Positions 15,401-30,400 of a stretch of DNA of 64,000 nucleotides are shown here, in pieces. The notes beneath the pieces are model-generated. The model ran no database searches and was not told the origin of the DNA. It saw nothing but the letters and a program-made list of their open reading frames with translations. The DNA is from Bispira polyomma. Taxonomy: Eukaryota. The stretch is from the NCBI GenBank assembly GCA_965649765.1, contig OZ287753.1:62930001-62994000 (forward strand), in the 5' to 3' direction. Both the position numbers and the translations under genes were made by a program. The stretch's first letter is position 1; every line of letters begins with the position of its first letter.

Positions 15401-18400
15401 TCTTAATCTGCCTCTATAAGTAGGCGTTTAAATGAGTAAAAAGTCTTTTTTTTTCTCGCATTTAAAAAAAATATTGTTTGGACAGATGTATAGAGAAAAA
15501 GTTATGTGCAAACAGAATTTCTCATTTCCAAACTTTTGAGGTCATATCTGCAAACCTGGTGATAAACCTGGATAGTACTGATGAATTTTACCTACTTCTA
15601 AAATATATGCAATATTAAATTTATACCTAGAATTATTTAACGCTATGTAAATTCATATTTTTAATAATATCATGCTATGTTTTGAGTACCTGAGAAATAA
15701 CTCTACTTTGGCATGATTTCTACTTAACAGGGTATATTTTGATGAAACAGGGTATATTTTGACGAAAAAACCCCCTTTTTTTTAGGACAAGATATATTTT
15801 TTATGCAAAAAAAAGAATTTAACTTAACAAAGTTCTACTCGAAAGGGCTAGACTACATAATATTTTTACGTTTATATGATATATGTATATTTCGCCCAGC
15901 TTTCGTATAGTTTAAGTGTTTAATGGCTAGAGTGTTAGTCTGATGATCAGAAGGTCCCCGGTTATATTCCCGGTATGGGCTGCTAGTTTCATTTGGTGGG
16001 ACAACATCCTTGGGCAAGATGTAAACAAACGTTTGCCTCGTGGCTCAGATGACCACTTAACATGGCCGTCCTCTGTCTGTGAGTAATATATTTAGTGGCA
16101 GATTAAAGATCCTTGGGGACGTTGATAAATGGTGATCCTCAAACAAGCCTCGGCGCCCATAGTGTGTGCCCATGAGGAAGCGCATTTAAAACAGCCCTAT
16201 GTTGTATAAGTGCGCTCTAGCAAATGTCCTATTTTATTTTATATTCATTTAATTTCATAAGGTATGAGTTGATCCAGGATCAGCTTGCTTAGACGTACTT
16301 TATGGTAAACAATATGTTACTACTTCTATATAAACTTTGCGTACTTCACACCCAGCCTCTGTACAGTTGAATAAGGTATGAGTTGATCTAGGACCAACTT
16401 GCTCAGACATACTTTATGGTCAACAATATGTTACTACTTCTGTATAAGTGGAATGTTATGTGTATATTTCACACCCAGGCTCCGTACAATTCAGTGAGGT
16501 ATGAATTGATCCAAGACCAGCTTGCTCAGACATACTTTATGGTAGACCCAACCTTAGGTGAGATCTCGGTCAAGAGAGATTTGTCTGGAGACTCCAGTCC
16601 ACAGTACACAGTGAGTTAATAGAAGTCTTTAGTATATGATACAAGTATTTATAGTAATTGATGATTTTTATAAGTACACAGTGAGTTATATTAAGTCTTC
16701 AGTGTATCATACGAATATGGTGACTGTCTTCTGAGTATATGGTCTGCGATAAACTTTGATAGCGAGATTCATGTAACTGTTATTCTATTTTGTTCAAAAC
16801 TTAGAAAGGTTTATATCATAATACACTGTATATATGTGGACAGCCAATCAGTTGTTTGACGTGTTAGACACTGTAATATCCTATGTACTGACTGTTAAAG
16901 TAACTAATTGTCATAATAAAAACACATTTATCCGACAAGCCAAATATCTGCCTTGTGTATCTTTTAATTTAGTCGAGATGATTAAAATGCTTCTAAGCAT
17001 AAACAAATTTTGTACAAACTTTAAGCTGGAGCAAAAGCTGAATGCTTAATCTACTCTGCTAGTATGAATCGACTGTTAAATTACATACTGTACAACAAGG
17101 TTTTAAGAGTAATTATTATATTCTAAAAATCTGCTTTAATTTGACCTGAGGCCATATTCACAAAATATCTTAGTCTTAAGATTTGAACCTTTAATTTGCT
17201 CTTAATCCCAGTGACAGTAAGAAAAGATCTTTGCTTAGTATTAACTTTGCACTAAACACTATGACTAACAGTAGGTAATCTTAAATATTTTAGACATAAA
17301 TTTTGAGCTTAAGCCTAAAGTTGAGACCTTTTGTGTGAATGCAGCCCCTGAAAATCAGATTCATTTATTGGCTTTGTTAAAGGTGTTTACGTGAGGTTTT
17401 GTGCATAAAATTGGTTTAAAATATATTGCAAATTTAAATAAAACATTCTTATTGTTGCTTTGTTCAGAATCTGTTCAGTAAACTATACAATAGTTTTAAT
17501 ATCATCAAATCATCATTTTAAAGACCAATGTTACTACACACAAAAATGTAAACTTTTGTCAGCCCCCATATCTTCCCTCATAGCCCTCTTTCAGCAGTTT
17601 AACAAGGAAACAGAATTTCAGTCTCTAATATTAGAACCCTCGAACTGATTGGATCCTATGCCTTCTCTGTAGCAGCACCCACCCTATGAAATAATTTACC
17701 AGCCAACATAAGATCCCAGGAAACCATCTGTAGTATCAGAAGCAACCTTAAGACCCATATCTTCACCCTCACTAACCCTTTATAGAGTCTGATATCTTTT
17801 TTACTTTGTAATAAAAATCTATCATATTCATACATACATGCATACACCATTTGTTTATCCTGTCCAAATGAAGCTGACCATCCAAGCCCGAGACCTGGCC
17901 AGTCCCTCTAAAGTGAGTGACACCAACGCTAGGGTGACAGTGAGAGTTTACAGGAACCTCAACTCTCCTCGATTTGACCAAGCCAGCTACAGCTCAGATA
18001 TAGAGAGAGGGGTGGAGACAGGCCACACAGTGAAGAATGTGGTGGCCAGGGATGCAGACAACAGAGATCCCTATAACATGGTCCAGTACACCATCATTGG
18101 GGACGACAAAGCAAGGACCTACTTTGAAATCGACGAGGACACAGGAAGTGTGACAGTTATCAGAGATTTGAATGAGGATGACTCAGAGATATACATTGTA
18201 AGTAGCCTTGTGTCTTGTAAATTCGATAGTTTTAACCTTTTCTTTGTGGTCTTATTTTGGATTTAAAAATATTTTTTAAGGCAAAAATTGAGGTTGTATT
18301 TTAACCTAGACATGTTAAAATATTTTATTTAGGCATGTAAATGATACCAAATACTTTTGATCAATGATAAAACTGGGCAAATATTTATTTTTATGTTTAT

Positions 18401-21400
18401 AGTAGTAGCTTTTTATCATAGATAAACGCATAAACGTGTACGTCTACAATAACTTACTTCTGTTGGGATGGAGTTTTGTGGTGGTACTGTGCTTATACAT
18501 ATCTTTATGCGGCCAGCATAATGCAGTTGTTTCAATGTTACAAGATTGTTGGCTAATTACTTAATAATTAGAGGTTTTGCAGAGTGACTTTAACTCGACA
18601 CACTAATTACCACATTTTCTGTTTTACATCTCACCATTTTGTATGAAATGCTCCATGCCCATTTTCAGATTACTTGGTCTAGTTTCACCTAATACAGTTC
18701 ACTTGACGTGTGTTTTATTGTGACCAACCATTAGAGTCTTGTCCTGCTTTATTGTTTTATCGGTTATTGAATGCTTGTTTTTATTCACTTTTTTTTTGTT
18801 TTACATACATATTTCTCGCAGTCACTATTATGCATACTTTACATGCTTAGTAAATACCTGATGTTGTGTTTAACTCTTTCAGGTACAGTATATGTTTCAT
18901 ATATCCCCATATATTTTAATAGTATCAAGAACTAGTGTTAATATCTGTCAATATATTGTCGTCTCTGTGGCCTAGCGGTTAGGGTGTCAGACTTTGGATT
19001 TGAGTGATCTGAGAGCCTCTGTTTGATCCCTGCTGCAGGCCTGGAGATTGTACCCTTGGACAAGGTGCTTTACACATGTGGCAGCAAGGCTAGTATGCTT
19101 CCTGAGGGAGCTAAAAGTAAACTATTTGTTGACAAGTGGAAGAACCCAGGCTAGGGGTGTCAACTGTAAAGTCGGCAGACCTCAAAAGAGGTGATATCAG
19201 ACTATAAACCCACACATATTTACATTTATAGTATAATCAACTGGCTACTTAAAATCTGTCACAATTGTTTACTTTTTGTTGTTACTGTTTGTACTTTTGT
19301 TTATAATCTGGGCGTTGAGAAGCTATAAATCTAAATCATTTTGAGTAGGTGATTTGATAACAGATTAGATACATGATGGGTGTTTGCCTCTAAGGGTAGT
19401 GCTATTATAACTGTCACATAAAAATGAAACTCACTACCCAGCCCCGGAAAACTGAATCAGATGCAGCAGTGTCCTACTTAAAATAGTTTGACTCTCCATA
19501 CAAATCTCCTTTTACCCCTTGGAGACCTTGTCTGTTGACTAGCAGTCGACAGTGAAGTCTATTCACCAGTGCCATGTCCATCGACCAGCAGCTGACACCC
19601 CCCATAATATTGCTTTACTTTCCTTTAGTACAGCACAATTGAAATGGCTTGGTATATTGGAGTTCCCAAATTAGAATATCGTTTACGAGTCCATTATGAA
19701 ACCCCAGGAATCACCTGTAGTGAGAATTTTTAATGAATTTTGTTATCTGTGACCTTGTACCGAAAAATTTCCTTTAGTATATGATAATACTGCTCCATTA
19801 GTGGCGAAGGGGTTAAGATAGTCACATTTGTATAAAATACTCTATAATTATATGAGAAACCCCAGGAATCGCCTATAGTGCGTGTTTTAATGACTTGAGA
19901 TATCTGTAACCTTATACCTGAAAATTTCTTTCAGTATATGATAATACTGCTCCATTAGTGGCGAAGGGGTTAATTTACTGGAGGTAATATTTTTGTAAAG
20001 GATCAGAATACAAGCTGGTTATTCAGAGGACAGCTGTAGTGGTAGTAAGTGTCACATAAAGCAAAACTGACTGAACAGAGTTCTACTTAAACAGTTTTTT
20101 ATGTTTTTCTAACAGATCAGGATACAAGCCCGCGATGGGGATTTCCCACCTAGGACAGCAGTTGTGGTATTAACTGTAAACGTCAACAGGAATCTGAATG
20201 CTCCGGTGTTCACTAGACCCTCTGAGGCAGACGAGTACAGGGCTGAGATCCAGATTAAAGAGACAGAGAACTTCGAGAGAGCCATCTATAGATTTGAGGG
20301 CAGGGATGACGACAGAAGGGTAGGGTCTCTTGTACAGAAATAGAGAGGTTATATATGCCAATATTTTGGGTATTCATTGTATTTGTATTTTTAACTCGCC
20401 TTATTCATGCGAAGCATCTTGTAAAGCGCAACAACAGAATCAATTAACCAATCGAGAAGTTCAAACTACACAGCAAAGGTTGTAAGGAAGGATGTGGGGT
20501 GTACAGGGAGAGTACTGAGGGGGGATAAGCTAGTTTGAAGAGATAGGTTTTAAGCTTTTTCCTTACCCTAAAAATGTTTCAAGTGATATAAGCTCAACTG
20601 GGAGACTATTCCATCCCATAGCAACATAGAAAGCTCTAGATCTAGCCCTCTTGGTAGGTTTTACAGAGGAAACAGAAAGGTTTTCTCCACTTGAGGTTGC
20701 TGAAGGAAAGGAGAGAGAGCAGCATGGTTGGAGGGCTGTTGAGACATACAGCTTTGAAAGTAAATAGTATAGAGAGACATTAATACAGATCTCCAGATGA
20801 AAAAATTACTCTATACAAATAGTTTTGAATGGATTGTAAAGCTCTGGCTTCCAGAAACATTTATTCTAATATTATTTTCTCAAGTTAAGCTTTATATTGA
20901 CATATGTACTCTTTATATTACTCTTTGTTAAATATGAATTTTAAAAAAACCTGTTTTTTTTTTCATTGCCGTAATTGTCAGGCGAAAAAGTGATAATAGC
21001 TAACACTAGATTGTTGCCATTGTTATCTACTATTCCAAACATATCAATAGTCAGTGTAATACTATCCGTGGATTCACTGTTGTTACTTGTTTCAGGACCC
21101 CTATAAGACGGTGTACTTCCTCCTGATTGGAGACAGTAAAGCACAGAGGTTTTTCCAAGTAGACACAATGACAGGAGATCTGACACTGAAAGCTTCTCTC
21201 ATACAAGATGAAGACAAGGCAGAAGTCTATGATGTAAGTTTAATTGTTGTCATAGAATTGTAATTTGTATCTAATTTTAGTAGGATTTGAATGAGCAATT
21301 GTGTCCATTTTTACGGCAGATTACGTGTTTCCGGAAACCGGAAATACGTTTACTGGTGTATTGTTATGAAGAGAGTATCTACCATAGGCATCCGTTTGAG

Positions 21401-24400
21401 GACAATTGGATCTCTATCATTGTTAGGATTTGAAGCCTCACAGTTGGTGTGAGTGAGCACTTTAGTACATTTTTACGAGAACTCAAGTGCATTTTTGAGA
21501 ACTCAGTTCCTTGAAAACATGGGGTTAATATGTAATATTGGGTATCTTAATAATATCGTTATATATTTAAGTTTTGACACTATAAGCATCATAAAATATT
21601 TGGTATTTTTCTGTCAAAATTTTGGTTTTTACTGTAGCTGCCATATTGTTTACCATAATGTTTGTCAACAGTGTGTACTAAACTAGCTGTGTGACTACTT
21701 TTGAAATCTGAGCGAGTTTCACTGCATAAGTATCCGAGCCCATTCTTTGTATCACCCTCCTAATTTTACCAGCTGTGTTTGAAGGATGCAAAGGACCCTA
21801 CCTTCATGATATTTGTTTCAATGTACAAACTAAGTAAGCAAAACCTAGAGGCTCATATGGTCAATGCTTATATCCACAATCTATGACATCAAGCAAGGTA
21901 GGATATTGCTACTCTCTTGACAGCATGCCTCCCCAACCTAAGCTGGTACACATTAATACTCCTGAATAGAGAGGGACAATTTGTCTGGAGTATGTTTTCT
22001 ATAGATCCAACGTTAAAACTTACTGATAATATGTTTTAATTAGTGGAAAGTATATTAAAGTAAGGAATCTGAAATTCGCCATAATACCTGACATTCGCCA
22101 CCCCTAAAATTTAAGCAAAATCAATGAAAACTGGCGAGAAATAACTGGAATTTAGGTAAGTATGGCAAACTAGTCACAAAAATATCAATTTCAGCAAATA
22201 TTACCCACAATTCTACTACCAAAAACACAACATTTTGCTAGGTGGCAAAATTTCAGACACAGTGGCGAATTTTAGATTCCTTACTCTGGTTTATATTATT
22301 TTTTCTACAGCTTCAAGTGAGGTTAAGAGATGGGGGAGATCCTGAGAAGATGAGTGACATCACAGCCTTTCTGAGAGTGAACGTCTTCAGGAATAAGATG
22401 GCGCCTGTATTTGAAGAGCAGACTTACTCAGAAACAGTGAAAGAAAACTCGGGCTATGGTAACCGGGTGATCACAGTCCTAGCAACAGATGCTGATACTA
22501 TTGTAAGTTAATGATTATTAAAAGAGGAGAGTTTTAAGGATGTTCATAAAATTAGTAACCTGAGGTTTTTGGTAACCGGGTGACAAACCTAGCAACAGAT
22601 GCTGATACTATTTCATTAAAAGAGGAGAGTCTTAAGTATATACACATAACACTCATGTTTCTCCTTCAGAAAAAAACTCCCCAAAAAACCTTTCTCCTTC
22701 AGATGTTAGGGGCCATTGTGGCCGAATGGGTTATAGGTGAATATCACCTGGCCTCTCATATCTGAGGACAGTGGGTTGGACTGCTTCCTACACACATGTC
22801 AGCAAATTTGACAGGTACTTGCTGTAGGTTGGTGTTTTCCAGTACAAAATAGTACCTGGTTTTGCCCAAAATAAACCTGGCCATCATAACGTGACAAAAA
22901 GATGTTAAAAGTGAACATAAAACCCAAATTTATTTTTTTATAATATTTTAAAATTCCATCAGCTGACAATAATAGCTTGCTTCTTATAAAAAGTTTAAAT
23001 TCCATTAGCTGACATGAATCCCTTTGTTTTTTCAGGACACATTTGAGACAGTCAGGTACAGAGTAGTGGGTGATGGAGCAGCTGCTGCTTTCTTTGATGT
23101 CCATGACAGAGATGGAACTGTGACAGTGGCACAAGACCTTAGTGCTGGCTCAGATATTTACTACACAGTAAGAGCACATTCTATCAGTCTATTAAGAAAT
23201 TAATACAAAGGCATTTGCTATGATAAAACATGGTCTATGAAAGTTATGGTTACAGTATTTTTGACAATTGTAGTGTACATAGGTTAAATGAGGCTACTGA
23301 AATCAGTTTTATTTAACAATAGCTGTACTTTTGGTTTGTGTTCAGTTATAAAAAAATAGGGCTAAACTTGATTTGTTTGTGTTCAGTTACAGGCTTCAGA
23401 CAATGGTACCACAGTGAAGTTTTAATTTATAAACTGGGTGAAATGAGTGTACGATCATCTCATGAAATGGGGCTAACTATTTTGTGTATGTTTAGTTACG
23501 AGTAGAGGCTTGTGACAAATGGTAGCACAGTGAAGTTTCAATTTATATACAAGGGTAAAAAGAGTGTACTAGCATCTCATAAAATGAGGCTAATTCTGTG
23601 TTGTTTCATAGTTACAAGTGCAGGTGTATGATAATGGTATCACACTGAAGTATTATTTTATATACTAGGTAAAATGAGTGTACCATCATCTCATAAAATG
23701 GGGCTTAAACTCTATTTTATTTTATAGTTAAGAGTGCAGGCTTATGATAATGGTACTCCGGTCAAGTTCACCACAGTACCAGTGTACATCACAGTGAACA
23801 GGAACCTGAGGTGTCCAAACTGGGAGTCAGACAGTAGGAGGCTGGAGATGTTAGAGACCTTGTACATAGGGACTGAAGTCGGGAGAGTCACAGCCACAGA
23901 CAGGGATATTCTGGTAAATAGTTGTTTTATCAGGTGCAGCCTGATGTTGTTTTCATTCTGAAAAGGGCACCACAATCTTTGAAAAGGGTGCCACCATCTT
24001 AGAAGTGACATGTAAGGCTTTCTTGGATTGGTTGGAAGCAATCGACCCTTCCAAACTGAGGTGGGGTCAAGCGTACCGGAGTATATAGGGGACATATTCA
24101 CGTCAGTGTATTTCAAACTGTGTGCCTGTGTCTCTTTTTAGAAGACAACTCTTGTTTAGACCAGATAATGATTCAAATTAGGTAACATAGACATCAACAA
24201 AGCACACACAGCTTACACCAGTCAATCTGATCGACCTCACCCTTACCTCAATGTTACCTTACTTTTATCTTCCTAGAATTTGTATGAGAACACATGTTGG
24301 AAGTTGTCAATAACCTTTATGATTGATATTGTTTATAAATTAATACTTTCTACTTAGAAATGACTGTGAAGTTTGAGCATTAGTCTTAAATGCTATTTTA

Positions 24401-27400
24401 ATTGCATAAAAGATTCTTCGGTTGGAGCCCCCCCCCCCCTCCCCCCCCGACTAAGCCATGGTCAAATTTACAGGTGACAGTTGTTGGGTAATTAACCATC
24501 GGAACAGTTAGGTCATGACCTAGTTATTTTTAAGTTTGTGTACCAGAATTTTTTAACTGAATCAAATGCCTTGTTAACGTCACTGAGGGCTTTTTAAACT
24601 GGACAGCAAGCAAAATCGTGACAACGAGGTGTCCAAAACCTAATCTCCAAAGCTAGACGCTTAGACCATTGCTCAGATGGCAGCTCTAACTGAATCATAT
24701 TCCAGTAAACGGTAACTATTTAATCAACAGGTATTTCAATCTCAATTACAATAAAATGTCCCAAATTCATGCTAAAAATGTTGTATTTTGTGTGTTTTCA
24801 GCCTCCATACAATACAGTACAGTACACACTAGAGGGAGATAACTTGGCCCGGGAGTACTTTGTGGTCAACTCAGACTCTGGACTCATACACCAGAGGAAA
24901 GCTGTACAGTTTGACCCCGCTAAGACTATAGAATATAGGGTATGTAGCAGATCACTTAACGAATTCATCCGCGGAAGCGCCCACTGGGCGACACGTTGAA
25001 ATTTGAGAGAAACCGGGGGTGGGCGATTACATGAGCTTTAGTAGGGACCGCAAACGTGAGCTTTAGTAGGGACCGCAAACAAGGTCAATAAACTGCGTCA
25101 TTCTACGTGATTTTGTTTACGTTATAATCACTGGACTAAAATAATATAATATGGATGTATAAACAAGGGAAAGTAGCTTATATTAGGTAATTAATATATA
25201 TATCATGTCTGGTACGTATTTTTGTGTGTCAAATTCTGTGTTTAGGAGCTTTTTGGCGCATTTTTGTCTTGTTAGAATGATAAATTACTTATTCTTTCAG
25301 TACTTTCGGTATATATTACCATGAATACTAACTTGTTGCTTCATGTTAGCTAACCTACAAACTTACTCTAGCATCTTTCAGCACCATTGTATTGATTAGT
25401 AAAACTTTATATATTATAGATTCAGTATTTTTTTGTCGCTAAATCTCTCTGGCACTGACCTTGTTGTATTGATTATTTATAGCCTATGTATAATAATTCA
25501 GTAACATGTGTCTTGTAGCTGACTGTCTCTGACCTTAACCTTGTTATATTGATTATTTATAGCCTATGTATAATAATTCAGTAACATGTGTCTTGTAGCT
25601 GACTGTCTCTGACCTTGAACTTGTTGTATTGATTATTTATAGCCTATGTATAATAATTCAGTAACATGTGTCTTGTAGCTGACTGTCTCTGACCTTGACC
25701 TTGTTGTATTAATTATTTATAGCCTATGTATAATAATTCAGTAACATGTGTCTTGTACCTGACCTTGACCTTGTTGTATTGATTATTTATAGCCTATATA
25801 GAATGTATAATAAATTCAGTAACATGTGTCTTGTAGCTGACTGTCTCTGGCACTGGCCTTGTTGTATTGTTTTGTTTGTGGACTATGCCTGTCTAAAAAT
25901 TCAGTAACATGTGATTTGTAGCTGACTGTCTCTGACCTTGAACTTGTTGTATTGATTATTTATAGCCTATGTATAATAATTCAGTAACATGTGTCTTGTA
26001 GCTGACTGTCTCTGACCTTGACCTTGTTGTATTAATTATTTATAGCCTATGTATAATAATTCAGTAACATGTGTCTTGTACCTGACCTTGACCTTGTTGT
26101 ATTGATTATTTATAGCCTATATAGAATGTATAATAAATTCAGTAACATGTGTCTTGTAGCTGACTGTCTCTGGCACTGGCCTTGTTGTATTGTTTTGTTT
26201 GTGGACTATGCCTGTCTAAAAATTCAGTAACATGTGATTTGTAGCTGACTGTCTCTGGCACTGACCTTGGCCTTCCAGAACCATGTGCTGTTAACAGCAA
26301 TGCGTCTGTAACAGTGCGTGTGTTCCGTAATGAGAAGTCCCCCCTGTTCTCTGATGGAGGCCAGTATACTGCCACCATAAAGGAAGACCTGGCTGTACCA
26401 AACAGAGTCACCTCTGTGGATGCTACTGATGGAGACCAACAGGTAGTATTATTATACATTTATTATTACATGTATACATTTTCAACACACCTTATTGATG
26501 CTAGGCATCTTCTAAAGCGCAACAGCAGAATCAGCAATCCAATCGTGTGATCCGTGGACATAGCAAAGTCACAAGGGAAACTATGGTGGGAAGGCCAGGC
26601 CAAAAAGATAGGTTTTAAGTTTTTACCTAAAACCAATAAGTGTGTGAACAGAGTCAGCTATTTACAGTCATCACTTATACAAGTGACCATCTTCAAAATG
26701 AACGACCTTTTTGAGGCCTAATAATTCTGAAAATATCCTAGACACTTTTTTTATAAACATTCAGTAACATGTGATTTGTAGCTGACTGTCTCTAGCACTG
26801 ACCTTGGCCTTCCAGAACCATGTGCTGTTAACAACAATGCGTCTGTAACAGTGCGTGTGTTCCGTAATGAGAAATCCCCCCTGTTCTCTGACGCAATTAG
26901 GCAAAATCAAGAAAGATGATATTAAGCCTTTTCTGGACACGTTCCATGTTATATTTGTGAAAAAACTCTTTTTGACTCAGAACTTAATAAAGATTTTACA
27001 GTTCTTGCAAATTGTAAATCTTCTGAGTTATGTGACACAGTTGAGCTGTTAGATCCATAACCTTTGAATCTTCTACCTACTAGATGAACACAAAAACAAC
27101 TGCTGTACCACTGTATTACAATTAATATCCAATTAACCTTTTGACCCCTATGTCTGTTGGCAAGCAGTTGACACCCCAAAAATATTATTTTAATTTGCTT
27201 CAGTTCGTCGCCATAGGAAGTTGTTAGCACAGCAGAATTCCTCATGTAAAAAATTATATGTGGGAACCGTTATTGAATACTGGAAGTAGTCTGTGGTGTG
27301 TGTTTCAGTGACTCCAGCTATCTCTAACCTATTGAGTGACCTGCAATTCCTTCAGTGTTCACTGTAATAGTTTCTCTAAGGACTAAAAAGGTTAAAAGCA

Positions 27401-30400
27401 CCAGTTGCTGCCATTTAGAAGTAGAACTGCTATAAATCAAATATATACTGTCAGAACATTAAGCTTTTGGTTCTGTTTAAAATAGAAGCAGCCTTTTGGT
27501 ATAAAACATTTGGAAAATATATTTGTTTAGATAATAAAGCATGTAGTGTCAGTTGAGATACACTCCGGTCTTGTTCATATAGGAGCCGTTTGGACGTATA
27601 AACTATGCTGTAATTGGTGATGACAGTGCACCAGCTTACTTCTCTGTAGAAGAAGATTCTGGAGAAATCAGAGTACAACAAAGTCTACAGGGGGATGAGG
27701 ACACCAGTTATACTGTATGTATCAGTGGTTTTTATTGGCTGAGTCATGTATTCTGATTTGCCGAGGTTGTTGAGACCTCATGGTTATTATTTTTAAGTTT
27801 TCATCTTATTATCAACAATTTACATACAATGTTTTAGGTGTGTTGGGGCTTTCCTAGATCTGCCTATTTAATAGGTAACATATAATAAAATTATTTAAGT
27901 TATTGCTAACAATACAGTAATTGTAGTTATATATTGCTACAGTTGTCTTCAATGTCTTAAGTTATATTAAAGGTTTTCATCTAATATATCCATATTTTAT
28001 ATACTTATTTGTGCTGTACCAGTTCACGCCAACCCAGATTGAAATTATAGTCAATATGTTTTTGTAGGTAGATTATCTTCAACACTAATGTTAGTATTTC
28101 ATACATGACAATATACACTAAATGATTTCACATGGGAATTGTTTGTTTTATTAATTATAATGTGATATTTACCATTTTTTACTAGTCCTTGGCATGAACC
28201 AGTACAGTACAACTAGAATTTTGGGTGGGGAGATTTCCTTAGATCTCTGTTTAATATGGAATACATAAATTGTTCAAATTATAGCTGCCCATACAGTAAT
28301 AGCAATTATATCTAGCTAATATTTGTAAATATATATGTATAGGTAGATTATTGTATCTTCAATGTTTTTGTCTCATACTGTGTTTGAGAAACGCATCTGT
28401 AAATAATTCTAATCGAGGGTTGGGTACTCTCGCCCTCCCAGAATTCTGTCACACATTGTACAAAAAGGGTAAATAAAAATATTTTTGGAAAAAAAAATTA
28501 CAGTAATAGCAATTCTATGATTTTTTCACTGTCTTCCTATGATGTGGTTTCCAGTTGAAAGTGATTGCAGTAGACGGTGGGACACCTCCCAACATCAACA
28601 CAGCCACTGTAGTAATCACTGTGGAGAGAAACCTAAATGCTCCTGAGTTTGAGAGAACCAGATATGAAGTGGATGTGCTAGAAACTCATCCATTGGGGGA
28701 AGCCATGGCAACAGTGTCAGCTACAGATGTTGATGTGAATGTAAGTGGTTTCTATATGTCTTCTGTCAAATGTCCAGGTCCAATTATAAAAGGATCTCCT
28801 CTCACTGGTAAAGTTCACAGCTCATTTTCTCTGAATAGACATTTTATTATATTACGTTCATCTTAAATTAAAGACCAAATTTTAGCAATAGTATGTCAGA
28901 CATGAGTTGATTTACAAATTGCTTCCATGTACAAAACATTCCACATCGTTAAGATTGAGTATGGGTTTGAGGACCATCGCAGGACCATCTTTTGTGAGCG
29001 TTAGTACAAGTACAAGGTAACACCGGCAATTTCTGATATTGTCGCTCACAGAAGATGGTCCCTTAATGCTGTGGTCACACTGGACTTACGTTTTGATTAT
29101 GCATAAAAAATTGCTAACGTATGGTAAAACGTAATGAAATGTAAGCAGAACATAGTATACTTAAGTAAACGTAAGCATGCATGAGTAAGATGGTCCCTCA
29201 ATATCCGGTTTTTTCAAAAACGTCTTAATTTTCGGATTGCTCGAAATTTGGTACATTTTCGGCCGATTTCTAAAAAACTTTACTAACGATTAGAGGGAAT
29301 GTATTACACGTATTTAATGCGTATTTGACTTAAAGGACGACAGTAAAACAAACTATACATCCAAATAATATTAAAAGCGAGGAGAACGAGACATGTTTAT
29401 AAACGTTAAAAACCAGGAGAACAAGAAAGAAAAGAGTTTAAAAATGTGGCTAACATATTTCAAGCAAGGCGAATAAATTTCTAAAACGTGGCTAACGAGT
29501 CAAACATAATTGAAACGGCTTTTAAAACATTTTAAATGCGTGTCCAAACGTGTACAGATGCGTACTGAATGTGTACAAAACGGCCCATCATTGATTTTTG
29601 CTACGTTTCCCGAATTTCCCACGGTTTTTCACTTTATTTTTTCCCATTTCCGGAAATTAAAATGTAACACGATTGTACTCAATGTGACCACGGCATAAGT
29701 GACTGTGGGTTTGAGCTTGAGTTGGCATATTTAGTTAATATACTATCTTCATTCTAGACTTAGATGAATTACTCAAATTGAATTTAAATTCTTACAAAAC
29801 TGAATTCATTCTCATTGGTAAATTTTTTTCTGTTGTTGTGCTTTTGATGATGCCTTCCATTGATAGGGCGTGTTAAAAATGCCAAATACAATACAAACTT
29901 GTCATGTTGTGTTTCAGTCTTTCTTCACCATGAATGTAAATAGGTTCGAGGTTGAGTGGATACATTGAGCTCCTGTACTTTTCTTGTTTTCCAGTCTCCA
30001 CACAATGAAATAAGATACTCACTACTACCCAACCAGGGCTTGGTCAATTCTTTGTTTACAGTTGATGCAGAGTCAGGCGACGTCTACCTAAGACGCTCTC
30101 TACTGGATGACACCAGTGAAAGATATGAGGTATAGTGTATATTGTACTGAGTTAGTGTAAACTAATCATACTGGATGACACCAGTGTAAGATATGAGGTG
30201 TAGTGTATATTGTACTGAGTTAGTGTAAACTAATCATACTGGATGACACCAATGAAAGATATGAGGTATAGTGTATACTTTAATGAGTTAGTGTAAGCTA
30301 ATCATACTGGGTGATTTCTATGAACGTTCGATTATATCATTTACTGTAAGCCTGCGCTTCCTTTCAGCACATTTTTATCGGCCGACATCGGCTGACGTCG

